The notes under the pieces were generated by a model that was not told the origin of the DNA, made no database searches, and worked only from the letters and a program-made list of their open reading frames with translations. The position numbers and the translations under genes were made by a program. From positions 1-40,705 of the IMG/VR virus record IMGVR_UViG_3300037419_001217: 40,705 nt of DNA; one strand, given 5' to 3'. Shown in pieces: positions 8,189 to 16,841 of this stretch (position 1 is its first letter; every line of letters starts with the position of its first letter). Source of the DNA: a virus. Lineage: Duplodnaviria; Caudoviricetes.

Positions 8189-8658
8189 TGCCTTCTAAAT
8201 CGGCCACTAAAAAAGCCGCACAGCAGAGAGCCTACTACGCTCGGCACAGGGACGAGCGCATCGCGTACTCCCGTAGGTATCGCCTCGCGCACGACACTCC
8301 TGAACGCCGGGCAGCCGCCGTAGCACGATCCAAGGCGTGGCGTCGCGCCAATTATCTGAAGGATCTGTTCCACCACGCGAGAGGCAGAGCGCTTCGCCGC
8401 GGCATCAAATTCGAGATCACCTTCGATGATCTGACGTGGCCCGAGTTCTGCCCGGTGCTCGGTGTTCGAATTGATTACTCGCCAGATGGCAAAGAAGGCG
8501 CACCGAGGGCGAACGGTCCGTCGTTGGATCGCTCCCACCCCAAGCGCGGGTATGTTAAAGGCAATGTCCGCGTCATCTCTTATCGCGCCAACCACATAAA
8601 AACCGACGCCACAGCCAAAGAACTGGCGTTGGTAGCGGCCTATGTCGCGGGGCTCTGA
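8188..8658 (+). CDS. HNH-like free-standing endonuclease
   Basis: CPVLG, PSLDR....GYVKGNVRVIS.RAN..K. Confidence 0.8.
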   Translation: MPSKSATKKAAQQRAYYARHRDERIAYSRRYRLAHDTPERRAAAVARSKAWRRANYLKDLFHHARGRALRRGIKFEITFDDLTWPEFCPVLGVRIDYSPDGKEGAPRANGPSLDRSHPKRGYVKGNVRVISYRANHIKTDATAKELALVAAYVAGL

Positions 8659-10832
8659 TGGCTAAACTCGATCACGCCCTCGCTCTTGCAGCCGAGGGCT
8701 TCTACGTATTCCCGGTCCAACAAGACAAGAAGATCCCCGTCACAGGTGTGCGGTTCAAACAAGCCGCAACGCGCGACGAGGCGACCATACGCGCATGGTG
8801 GACCGAGAGCGATCATAACATTGGCGTCTACACAGGCCGGTTCGGCGAGAACGAAGCACTTGTCGTCGTAGACGTGGATAACAAGCAAGGGAAGAACGGT
8901 GATGCTGAAATCCTTCGCCTCGAGCTGGAAGGCTTTGAACTGCCTGATACGCGAGCGACGAGTACGCCGACAGGTGGAAGGCATCTTGTGTTCCGCGTGG
9001 CGACTCCGCTTCGGCAAGGCGTCAACGTCCTTGGTCAAGGGGTGGACATCCGATCTCGCGGTGGATTTGTGTTGGGTCGCGGTTCAACCATCGGCGGCAA
9101 GAGCTACGCCGATCTGTCCGATCTACCTGTCGCACCCGCTCCTCGATGGCTTGTCGATCGGCTCGGCGCTGGCGTTCGTGAACCTGCTCAACCAGCGCTT
9201 CGAGAGGGAAATGGGACTGACCCGGCAGCCGCTGCGGCTCGCGCCGCACGGTATCTTGAGCGGGACGCGCCATTAGCCGTCGAAGGCGAAGGTGGCGACG
9301 AGACGACGTTCAAGGTCGCCTGCCGCATCAAGGACTTCGGCGTGGACTTCGACACCGCGCTGCATCTTATGCTCGAACTTTGGAACGAACGCTGCTCGCC
9401 GCCGTGGCCGGGCGACGTTCTCTTTGTGAAGATTCGCAACGCCTACGCCTACGGCATCGAGCCGCCGGGCGTGGCGGCGCCGGAGAACGACTTCAAGCCG
9501 GTGGAAACCGCTACGCCGGCCGCCGAGCTCTCACCCTACCAGAAGCTCAACCGTGACTACGCCTTCGTGCTCGCCGGCGGCGGCGCGCACATCCTGTGGG
9601 AGACGACCGACAAGGACGGCCGCTTCACCCTCGAGCACCTGACCCTGAGCGCGTTCCACCAGAAGCACGCGGCGGTCAAGGTCACGGTCGGCAAGAAATC
9701 GGTGCCGCTCACCGTCGACTGGATGGAGTGGCCGGAGCGGCGATCATTCGACGGCATCGTGTTCATGCCGGAGCAGCCGGCGCCGGCGCGCTTCTTCAAC
9801 CTCTGGCGCGGCTTCGCGGTCGAGCCATGGCGCGACAGCGACGGCGTGCCCGACAGCCGCGCCTCTGCCGCCGTCGCCGCCTTCCACGAGCACGCGCTGC
9901 GGAACATCTGCCGCGGCGACGAGACGCTGTACCGCTGGCTGATCGGCTACTTCGCGCACCTGGTCCAGCGGCCATGGGAAAAGCCGCTCGTGGCGCTGGT
10001 GTTCAAGGGCGGCAAGGGCGTCGGCAAGAACGCATTGATCGAGACGGTGGGCGCGCTGCTCGGCGGGCATTTCCTGCTGAGCTCCAACCGCCGCTACCTC
10101 ATCGGCAACTTCAACGGCCACTTGGAGAACTGCCTGCTGTTCGCTTTGGACGAGGCGGTGTGGGCTGGCGACAAGCAAACCGAAGGGACGCTTAAAGACC
10201 TCGTCACAGGCAAGCACCATGTCATCGAGCACAAGGGCAAAGAGCCCTACACCGTCGATAACCGAACGCGCGTTGCGATCATTGGCAACGAGGAGTGGCT
10301 TGTGCCTGCTTCCCACGACGAGCGACGTTTCGCTGTCTTTGACGTGGGAGACGGCCGGAAACAGGATCGCCGTTTCTTTCAGGAGATGCGCGAAGGGATG
10401 GAATGGGGCGGCTACCGCCTCCTGCTCCGACAGCTCCTCGACGCCGACATTACGCGGCTCGATATTAACGAAGCACCTGGAACCGAAGCCCTCCTCGAAC
10501 AGAAAACTTCGAGCCTCGATCCGTTCCCTCAGTGGTGGCTCGCCTGCCTCACCGAAGGGCGAATCGTCGCCAGCGACTTCGGTGCCGAGTGGCCGGACGA
10601 AGTCGAGTGCGAGCGATTCCGCGTCGCCTTCCGCCGCTGGGCCAAGGAGCACAACATCCGCGCCCGCATGCTCGACGAGCGCGGCATCGGCAAGCACCTG
10701 AAGCGGGTGTGCGCGGGCCATCACCACACCAAGGTGCGCGGCACGGGCTACGTCTACCGCTTCCCGGCGTTGGAGGCGTGCCGCGCGGCCTGGGGCGCCT
10801 TCATGGGCCACGAGATGGAGTGGCCGGAATAA
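8658..10832 (+). CDS. bifunctional primase-polymerase fused to SF3-type (DUF5906-like) helicase
   Basis: Prim-pol motifs VFPV, NIGV, VVDVD, TPTGGRH, GVDIR; Walker A GGKGVGKN, Walker B FALDEA. Confidence 0.92.
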   Translation: MAKLDHALALAAEGFYVFPVQQDKKIPVTGVRFKQAATRDEATIRAWWTESDHNIGVYTGRFGENEALVVVDVDNKQGKNGDAEILRLELEGFELPDTRATSTPTGGRHLVFRVATPLRQGVNVLGQGVDIRSRGGFVLGRGSTIGGKSYADLSDLPVAPAPRWLVDRLGAGVREPAQPALREGNGTDPAAAAARAARYLERDAPLAVEGEGGDETTFKVACRIKDFGVDFDTALHLMLELWNERCSPPWPGDVLFVKIRNAYAYGIEPPGVAAPENDFKPVETATPAAELSPYQKLNRDYAFVLAGGGAHILWETTDKDGRFTLEHLTLSAFHQKHAAVKVTVGKKSVPLTVDWMEWPERRSFDGIVFMPEQPAPARFFNLWRGFAVEPWRDSDGVPDSRASAAVAAFHEHALRNICRGDETLYRWLIGYFAHLVQRPWEKPLVALVFKGGKGVGKNALIETVGALLGGHFLLSSNRRYLIGNFNGHLENCLLFALDEAVWAGDKQTEGTLKDLVTGKHHVIEHKGKEPYTVDNRTRVAIIGNEEWLVPASHDERRFAVFDVGDGRKQDRRFFQEMREGMEWGGYRLLLRQLLDADITRLDINEAPGTEALLEQKTSSLDPFPQWWLACLTEGRIVASDFGAEWPDEVECERFRVAFRRWAKEHNIRARMLDERGIGKHLKRVCAGHHHTKVRGTGYVYRFPALEACRAAWGAFMGHEMEWPE

Positions 10833-10834
10833 CC

Positions 10835-11698
10835 ATGGCCGCCTACTACAACGAGTGGGATCCATACGCCGCTCAGTGGCTGCGCAACCTGATTACCGCC
10901 GGCTACTTGCCGGACGGTGACGTCGATACCAGGAGCATTGTTGATGTCCACCCCGTCGATCTCATCGGCTACGAGCAAGTCCACTTTTTCGCCGGAATTG
11001 GCGGCTGGGCTTATGCGGCTCGGCTTGCTGGATGGCCCGATGATCGAGAGCTCTGGACCGGCTCCTGTCCCTGCCAACCGTTCAGTGCCGCCGGCAAGCG
11101 CAAGGGCGAAGCCGACGAGCGCCATCTGTGGCCTGAGTTTCGACGCCTCATCTCCGTCTGCCGTCCTTCAGTCGTCTTTGGAGAGCAGGTTGCGAGCGCG
11201 CCTGGGCGCCGCTGGCTCGCCGGAGTACGAGCTGACCTGGAAGCAATGGCCTATGGAGTCGGGGCCGCCGATCTGTGCGCTGCGAGCGTCGGCGCGCCGC
11301 ACATCCGGCAACGACTGTGGTGGGTGGCCGACTCCGAATGCAGGGCCGCAGAACGACACGGACACTCGCTGGCAGGAACGCCGGGCGGAGTGCAAGACGA
11401 TGGCTGGCTGGGCGACGCCAGCGTCGCGGGATTATCGCAGCGAGAGCGCGACGGACGCTTTCAACGAGAAACGTTGGTCGCATCCGCGGGGCAAGCCGCT
11501 ATCGGCAGAGGCAACGCTGGCTTCTGGTCCGACGCCGACTGGCTCCCCTGCACCGACGGAAAGGCGCGGCGCATTGAACCCGGCACATTCCCGCTGGCTC
11601 ATGGGATACCCGGCCGCGTGGGACGACTGCGCGCCTACGGCAACGCGATCATCCCGCAAGTCGCGGCGGAGTTCATAAGGGCGACCTTGACACCGTGA
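10835..11698 (+). CDS. C5-cytosine DNA methyltransferase, alpha subunit
   Basis: FFAGIGG (motif I), GSCPCQPFS (IV), GEQV (VI), HIRQRLW (VIII), YGNAI (X); motif IX missing in this frame. Confidence 0.9.
   Translation: MAAYYNEWDPYAAQWLRNLITAGYLPDGDVDTRSIVDVHPVDLIGYEQVHFFAGIGGWAYAARLAGWPDDRELWTGSCPCQPFSAAGKRKGEADERHLWPEFRRLISVCRPSVVFGEQVASAPGRRWLAGVRADLEAMAYGVGAADLCAASVGAPHIRQRLWWVADSECRAAERHGHSLAGTPGGVQDDGWLGDASVAGLSQRERDGRFQRETLVASAGQAAIGRGNAGFWSDADWLPCTDGKARRIEPGTFPLAHGIPGRVGRLRAYGNAIIPQVAAEFIRATLTP
10944..11678 (+). CDS. nested +1-frame methyltransferase beta subunit (motif IX carrier)
   Basis: SD AGGAG 8 nt before ATG 10944; WPTP/WATP and [14 protein letters not shown], as in M.EcoHK31I-type split enzymes. 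Confidence 0.75.
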   Translation: MSTPSISSATSKSTFSPELAAGLMRLGLLDGPMIESSGPAPVPANRSVPPASARAKPTSAICGLSFDASSPSAVLQSSLESRLRARLGAAGSPEYELTWKQWPMESGPPICALRASARRTSGNDCGGWPTPNAGPQNDTDTRWQERRAECKTMAGWATPASRDYRSESATDAFNEKRWSHPRGKPLSAEATLASGPTPTGSPAPTERRGALNPAHSRWLMGYPAAWDDCAPTATRSSRKSRRSS

Positions 11699-11722
11699 AC
11701 GCCTGCGCCACACGCTGCGCGG

Positions 11723-11890
11723 ATGCGCACGGCGGCCTACGTCCTCGCGGTTTTCTTCGTTGCCGGCAGCACCGCCGTATCGATCGTGCACGTCCTCGAT
11801 GCACTTGGCGTCGGGCCCTCGCTGTCGGGGCTCATCGCCAGCTTGGCGTTCATGCTGGTCGCCTTTGCCGCCGACCGAAGGTTCCCGTGA
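11723..11890 (+). CDS. 55-aa two-TM protein (not in the ORF track)
   Basis: Manual translation MRTAAYVLAVFFVAGSTAVSIVHVLDALGVGPSLSGLIASLAFMLVAFAADRRFP. Confidence 0.45.
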   Translation: MRTAAYVLAVFFVAGSTAVSIVHVLDALGVGPSLSGLIASLAFMLVAFAADRRFP

Positions 11891-11942
11891 CCTATGTGCT
11901 ACCTGGTGTAATTTGACCCGGCTGGGCGTGGCTGCTAAGTGT

Positions 11943-12001
11943 TGGTGCCCCCGGGGAGAATCGAACTCCCACTGGATTACTCCAAACAGATTTTGAGTCT
12001 G
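11943..12001 (-). other. attP core region: 3' half of tRNA-Leu(CAA)
   Basis: Minus strand CAGA-CTCAAAA-TCTG, variable arm, GGGAG-TTCGATT-CTCCC, CGGGGGC-ACCA; no 5' half; next to the integrase. Confidence 0.9.
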
Positions 12002-12089
12002 CATGACTGTTTACTTCTACATCAACACTTTGGCAAAGGTGTTTACATTTCGTTATTTACCGGGCTAGAGTGTTGACGATGAAACCGAG

Positions 12090-12108
12090 TGTTGACGCGG
12101 AGACAACG
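12090..12108. promoter_or_regulatory. operator copy 5, upstream of the integrase
   Basis: TGTTGACGCGGAGACAACG, with an extra half-site TGTTGAC at 12071. Confidence 0.55.
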
Positions 12109-12146
12109 GTGTCGGACGGATTTCGTGACCTCAGTGTGACCTGGCC

Positions 12147-13277
12147 ATGTTGACCAATAGTGCCATCGAAGCCCTTAAGCCGGGCCAGGAACTCAGGGAC
12201 GACCGGGTTCCTGGCCTCTCCGTGCGCGCCACCAAGTCCGGCAAGTCGTTCCTCCTCTACTACCGCACCAAGGGCGGCATCCAGCGCCGGCCCAAGATCG
12301 GGGCGTGGGGCGCGCTCACCATAGCGCTGGCCCGTGAGGCCGCCCGTGGCGTGCTGGCGCGCGTGGCCAACGGCGAGGACCCATCGCAGCAGAACACCGT
12401 GGCGCGGCAGGAGCCCGACATGAACGGGCTGTGGGAGCGGTGCGAGCGCGAGCACTGGAACAACGGCAAGGATTGGGACAAAGAAGCGAAGCGACTGTAT
12501 CACAGGAACGTGAAGCCGCGCATCGGGACGACCCGGGTGCGCGCGGTCGACTACGCCATGGTGGCCGATATCCACCAGGCCCTGAAGGACACGCCCTACG
12601 AGGGCAACCGCACGCTGGCGGTCGTCTCCAAGATGCTCAAACTCGCTCGCCGCTGGGGCCTGCGCACCGGTGACAACCCGTGCGAGGACGTGCCCCGCTT
12701 CCGCGAGATGAAGCGCCGGCGCTACGCCAAGCCGGTCGAGCTCGCCACCATCGGGCCGGTCCTCGATCGCTACGCCCAAGACCCCGATCACGTCTCCGGC
12801 GTCGCCTTCCTTTACCTGATGCTGTTCAGCGGCGCCCGGCCGTCGGAGATCGCCAACGCTACTCCCGACATGGTCGAGGAGGTGCTGAAGGGCAACGAGC
12901 TCTACGGCGTGCTGCGCCTTGACAACGGCAAGACCGGCCAGCGCGACGTGTTCCTGCCGCCGCAGGCCATTGCGGTGCTGGCCAAGCTGCCCGCCGGGCG
13001 TAAGCGGCTCGCCGATCGTAAGACCCTGCCGCGGCGGCTGTGGGAATTGGTGCGCAAGGAAGCCGGCTGCGAGGACCTGTGGGCGCGCGATCTGCGCCGC
13101 ACCTTCGCCACCGTCGCCCTGTCCAACGGCGTGCCGATCGGCCAAGTGGGCGAACTGCTGGGCCATGCCTCGACGGCCACCACCAAGATATACGCTAAGC
13201 TGATGGAGGACCCGGCGCACAAGGCGTCGGCGGACACCGCAGGGAAACTGGAAGAAATGCTAGGAGCGGGGAAATGA
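12147..13277 (+). CDS. int: tyrosine integrase with N-terminal arm-binding domain
   Basis: RDDRVPGL.VR arm domain; SGARPSEI, KTG, RDLRRT, LLGH, TKIY. Confidence 0.95.
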   Translation: MLTNSAIEALKPGQELRDDRVPGLSVRATKSGKSFLLYYRTKGGIQRRPKIGAWGALTIALAREAARGVLARVANGEDPSQQNTVARQEPDMNGLWERCEREHWNNGKDWDKEAKRLYHRNVKPRIGTTRVRAVDYAMVADIHQALKDTPYEGNRTLAVVSKMLKLARRWGLRTGDNPCEDVPRFREMKRRRYAKPVELATIGPVLDRYAQDPDHVSGVAFLYLMLFSGARPSEIANATPDMVEEVLKGNELYGVLRLDNGKTGQRDVFLPPQAIAVLAKLPAGRKRLADRKTLPRRLWELVRKEAGCEDLWARDLRRTFATVALSNGVPIGQVGELLGHASTATTKIYAKLMEDPAHKASADTAGKLEEMLGAGK

Positions 13278-13504
13278 GAATCGCGGGCTTGATCGTGGTG
13301 GCGCTGGCGTTGAGCGGGTGCGTGAGCAACGAGAGGCTGGCGGCGCGGGACGACGCCCAATGCGCCGCCTACGGATTCCAACCCGGCAGCGACGGCTACG
13401 CCGGATGCCGTCAGCGGCTCGACATGGCGCGGCGGCAGATGCTGCTCAACTCCATGCCGACCGTGACGACGTGCGGCGGCAGCGGCGTCTGCACCAGCTA
13501 CTGA
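13274..13504 (+). CDS. small lipoprotein
   Basis: Signal peptide with lipobox LSG-C, C..YGF.PG...YA.C; ATGA-coupled to int. Confidence 0.75.
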   Translation: MRIAGLIVVALALSGCVSNERLAARDDAQCAAYGFQPGSDGYAGCRQRLDMARRQMLLNSMPTVTTCGGSGVCTSY

Positions 13505-13510
13505 CGCTGG

Positions 13511-14014
13511 CTACCGCGATAGCAACTTGATCGTCTCGTCCTTGCTGGCCGAGCCGCGCGAGGAGCCGAAGTAGTAGGCGACGACCTGATCGGCCTTGGC
13601 TGAGACATATCCGATCAGCGTGCCGATCAGCGCCGCCGTGTTGGGGTCCTTGAGCCCCATCACCTCACCCGTCAGCACCGCGCCGACGGCGGCGAGAAAG
13701 CCGACGATGATCACCGTGCCGAGCACGGCGTTGGAGTGGTCTTTGGTTTGGATCTCGCGGTTGCGGGCGCTGTCGCGGTCCTGTACGCCGAGTTCCTCCA
13801 TCTTCGCCGCGAAGTCCTGATCGGCCTTCTTGAGGGCGAGGAGCTGGTCGGGGCTGGCGCCGCTCACCGCCTGGGCGAGCTGCTCCGGGGTCGAGTTGCC
13901 GAGCCCGAACACGCCCTCGATCGCCTTCACCGCGACGCCGGCGAGCGGGCCGCCAAGCGCCGTCGCCAGGCGCGGTGCCACCGCCGCAAGGGTGTCTTTC
14001 CAGTCGATTGCCAT
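13511..14014 (-). CDS. holin-like membrane protein (3TM type)
   Basis: AP.LATALGGPLAG, DRDSAR.RE, TM helices, YYFGSSRGS; directly after the endolysin. Confidence 0.75.
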   Translation of the reverse strand: MAIDWKDTLAAVAPRLATALGGPLAGVAVKAIEGVFGLGNSTPEQLAQAVSGASPDQLLALKKADQDFAAKMEELGVQDRDSARNREIQTKDHSNAVLGTVIIVGFLAAVGAVLTGEVMGLKDPNTAALIGTLIGYVSAKADQVVAYYFGSSRGSASKDETIKLLSR

Positions 14015-14016
14015 GG

Positions 14017-14436
14017 CTACACCTCGGGGTTCTGGAAGTGGGGCATCTCGCGGAAGGGCGCGTCGGGGTCGCCGTACCACTTGAGGCCGACGGCCTTGCC
14101 GTGGCCGCCGATGATTTCCCACAGGGTCGGGTCGTCCCATTCGCACTTGCCATGGACCAGCGGCACGACGTCGAACGCCTCCGCCGCCGGCTGGCCCTTG
14201 GCGTTGACGGCGTTGTGCTTTGACTTGCCGCCCTTGGCGTTGGTGACGATGCGCCCCGGCAGCGTGCGCCCCTGGGCGTAAAGCTTGTCCTGTTCCTCGC
14301 TCGAGCGGTAGGTGCAGGTCAAGAGAACGGACACGCCCTCCTTGAGCAGCGTGAGATCGCGCCGGCAGCGGTCGTTGAACTTGTTGTAGAGCACCTGCAT
14401 GGCAGGCGAGAGGTCGGCGATGTTACGCGAAGCCAT
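14017..14436 (-). CDS. endolysin, M15 (L-Ala-D-Glu type) peptidase
   Basis: TYRS.EEQ..LYAQGRT.PG.IVTNA..G.S.HN, AFD, E.PHFQ. Confidence 0.9.
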   Translation of the reverse strand: MASRNIADLSPAMQVLYNKFNDRCRRDLTLLKEGVSVLLTCTYRSSEEQDKLYAQGRTLPGRIVTNAKGGKSKHNAVNAKGQPAAEAFDVVPLVHGKCEWDDPTLWEIIGGHGKAVGLKWYGDPDAPFREMPHFQNPEV

Positions 14437-14441
14437 GGCGA

Positions 14442-14669
14442 TCAAACTCCCATCTGATGCTGGCGCCGCAGCATCTCGAAATACTCGTCGCGCGGAAGGA
14501 TGGCGCAGCCTTCCTGGCACATCTCGCTCACGGCCTTGTCCTGCTCCGGCGTCAGTTGCCGCGTCTCAGACGGGGCCGAGGCCGCACAGCCCGCCAGCGC
14601 GAACAGGGCGCAGGCGCCGATCGTGCCGAGCACCACGTAGCGAAAAAATCGGATCAGCCGTTTCAGCAT
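14442..14669 (-). CDS. lipoprotein (possible spanin or lysis accessory)
   Basis: Lipobox LAG-C, SD AGGAGG, next to the endolysin. Confidence 0.65.
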   Translation of the reverse strand: MLKRLIRFFRYVVLGTIGACALFALAGCAASAPSETRQLTPEQDKAVSEMCQEGCAILPRDEYFEMLRRQHQMGV

Positions 14670-14678
14670 CGGTTCCTC

Positions 14679-15035
14679 CTATGCGGCTTTCTTGCGACGC
14701 CGGCCCTTGTGGGCCATGTCCGCCATGTTTTCGGCGTGGGTGCCGGGGACGAGATGCGTCGGGTTGACGCACTTCGGGTTGTCGCAGGTGTGCATGAGAA
14801 GCTGCGCGGGGCACACGCCCCACGTCATGGCGTAGGCGGCACGATGAGCAAGTGCCCGGCGGTGCGATCGACTCGTCCGGCCGCGCATCTCGACACAGCC
14901 ATAGCCGCCAATGCGTTGGCCGCCGTCGAATTCCATGCAGCCGGTAACGCGCAGCTTCACCTTCGACCAGAACTCGGCGACCCGGTACGGGCTGAAATCG
15001 TCTGCCGTGATGACTTTCATCCGGGCTTGGCTCAT
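14679..15035 (-). CDS. HNH homing endonuclease
   Basis: FWSKV, GYG, AHRAAY, HTCDNPKCVNPTHL..GT..EN..D. Confidence 0.9.
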   Translation of the reverse strand: MSQARMKVITADDFSPYRVAEFWSKVKLRVTGCMEFDGGQRIGGYGCVEMRGRTSRSHRRALAHRAAYAMTWGVCPAQLLMHTCDNPKCVNPTHLVPGTHAENMADMAHKGRRRKKAA

Positions 15036-16246
15036 GCCGCCACGCTGACCCATGCCGTCTTGGTCGCCTTGAAGCCACGGTCGACGTAGATCGGACAGCG
15101 ATAGGTGATCCCGTACTTGGGATGGGTGAGCCACAGCGCCTGTTGCGGCTTCTCGTAGGGGAAGTTGTTGGAATAGGCGTATTCGTCCATGCCCTTGAGC
15201 GACCCGTTCACGATCAACCGCGTAAGGTGCATGTACTGATGGAAATGCCCGAGCAGGAGCGTGTCGTACTCCATGTCGATCTGCGCGTTGCGCGAGCGCT
15301 TCTTGTGGTCGCCGCGAATGATCGGACCGAGTGCGCCGATGAGGCCGTCGCCGCCGCGGAACTGATCGCCATGGGTCAGCAGGTAGCGATGACTGCACAC
15401 CTTGAAGTAGGCGTCGGGGCCGTCGGGGATCAGGAAGGTGACGCGGCGATCGTCCTCGAAGCGCTTGGCCAGGAAGCAGTAGAGCAGCCAATCGAACGAC
15501 GTCTTGTGCCGGTCCTTGCCCCAAATCTTCACGGTGTCGCGGCCGTGGTTGCCGGTGACGCATGGCACGAACACCTTGCCGAACCGCGTGGCCAGCATGG
15601 CGATGAGCTTGGTGAGCTCGGCGAACAGGTCGAGCACCGCTTCCATGGAGTTGAGCTCGTTGGTGGCGGTGAGCTCGTCGTGGATGTTGCCGGAGATCAT
15701 GTCGCCGCCCAGCACCAGGACGATGCCGGGGAATTCCATCTTCGGGCTGATGATGGACAGGAGCCGCACGGCGCGCTCGCCCAGCGCCTCCATGCGCCGA
15801 TGCGCGATCTCGACGTTGTACTTGTTGACGCCGTTGATCTGGCTCGGATGCACCACCTCGCCCCAATGGAGATCGGACAGGAACAAGGTCGGCACGCCCG
15901 GGGCCGAGTCGGCCGCCTGCGGCTTCGTCACCCACGGAGGCGTCGGCGTCTCGGCAGCGTTGCGCGCAAGGCCGACGATGTGCCGCTTGATGGTGTCCTC
16001 GGTGAGCGCCTTGGCCTCGAGCGCCGCCAATTCTTTTTCCAGCCGTTTGACGGTGGCTTTGAGCGCCGCCGGGTCGTCGTGCGCGACAACGGCGGGCCTG
16101 AAGCCAAGGCGATCAGCCATGGCGAGTTGCGACACCACGGTGGCTCGCGGCTTGTTGAGCGTGCGCGCGGCCTCGGCGATGTTGCCGGTCTTGGCCAGCG
16201 CATCCACAGCAGCCTGCACGGCGACGCGGTCGATCGGCACGCTCAT
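15032..16246 (-). CDS. calcineurin-like metallophosphoesterase with N-terminal HTH and coiled coil
   Basis: SDLHWG, GGDMISG, GNHGR, THGD, GHFH; N-terminal GNIAEAARTLNKPRATV. Confidence 0.85.
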   Translation of the reverse strand: MSVPIDRVAVQAAVDALAKTGNIAEAARTLNKPRATVVSQLAMADRLGFRPAVVAHDDPAALKATVKRLEKELAALEAKALTEDTIKRHIVGLARNAAETPTPPWVTKPQAADSAPGVPTLFLSDLHWGEVVHPSQINGVNKYNVEIAHRRMEALGERAVRLLSIISPKMEFPGIVLVLGGDMISGNIHDELTATNELNSMEAVLDLFAELTKLIAMLATRFGKVFVPCVTGNHGRDTVKIWGKDRHKTSFDWLLYCFLAKRFEDDRRVTFLIPDGPDAYFKVCSHRYLLTHGDQFRGGDGLIGALGPIIRGDHKKRSRNAQIDMEYDTLLLGHFHQYMHLTRLIVNGSLKGMDEYAYSNNFPYEKPQQALWLTHPKYGITYRCPIYVDRGFKATKTAWVSVAA

Positions 16247-16605
16247 CGGTAGAACTCCTTCCAGTCCCAGCCGTGCAGGCGACACACCTGCCGGGCCAGT
16301 CGGTTGAACTCCGCGTTGTGCTCGGTGTTGGCCGTCTCGGTCTTGGCCACGGCCTGGTGGAGATGGATCATCTCGTGGGCCATGACGTGGAAGACGGTGT
16401 TGGTGTGGCCGACGCGCTTGGCCGAGAGGGAGATGTGATGAAGGCCGGTGGCGATCTCGCGGCAGTAGTAGCCCATCCATTTCGAGCCGCAGACGTGGAA
16501 CACCACGTCGTCGCCAGGGGGCAACCGCCAGCCCTTGAACGGCGGCGTCACCCGCAGGAACTCGTAGGCGGCCTCGATGATGTCGGGCGTCAGCGGCAGG
16601 GTCAT
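16243..16605 (-). CDS. SprT-like zinc metallopeptidase
   Basis: MAHEMIH followed by downstream H..EF. Confidence 0.75.
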   Translation of the reverse strand: MTLPLTPDIIEAAYEFLRVTPPFKGWRLPPGDDVVFHVCGSKWMGYYCREIATGLHHISLSAKRVGHTNTVFHVMAHEMIHLHQAVAKTETANTEHNAEFNRLARQVCRLHGWDWKEFYR

Positions 16606-16748
16606 TTGCGCCGCAGTTCCTTGTAGATGCGGATGCTCCACCAGATCAGCGCCGCCAACCCCGCCAGCTTCGGAGCGAGCTCAAGCAGCGCGGCGATGGT
16701 GGCGCCGGCGGCCGTGAGGTCGATGAAGCGGTGGACGGGGTGTTCCAT
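16602..16748 (-). CDS. 48-aa holin-like membrane protein (not in the ORF track)
   Basis: MEHPVHRFIDLTAAGATIAALLELAPKLAGLAALIWWSIRIYKELRRK; SD GAGGG; ATGA coupling to the SprT gene. Confidence 0.6.
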   Translation of the reverse strand: MEHPVHRFIDLTAAGATIAALLELAPKLAGLAALIWWSIRIYKELRRK

Positions 16749-16841
16749 GCTCACCCTCTGTTGACTTCGCGGCTGTGTGCGCGTTTCGTCATGGCGGGTC
16801 TTTCTGCTAAGGTTGGGACCGTTGGAAAAGAGGAGGCTGTG

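Larger units (their letters stand above)
11887..12144. repeat. putative integrase arm-type sites flanking the attP core
   Basis: GTGACCT-ATGT-GCTACCTGG (11887-11906) and GTGACCT-CAGT-GTGACCTGG (12125-12144). Confidence 0.55.

Noticed and set aside
11943-12040. Complete tRNA-Leu gene
   Set aside because: The 5' acceptor strand and D-arm are absent; it is the attP duplication
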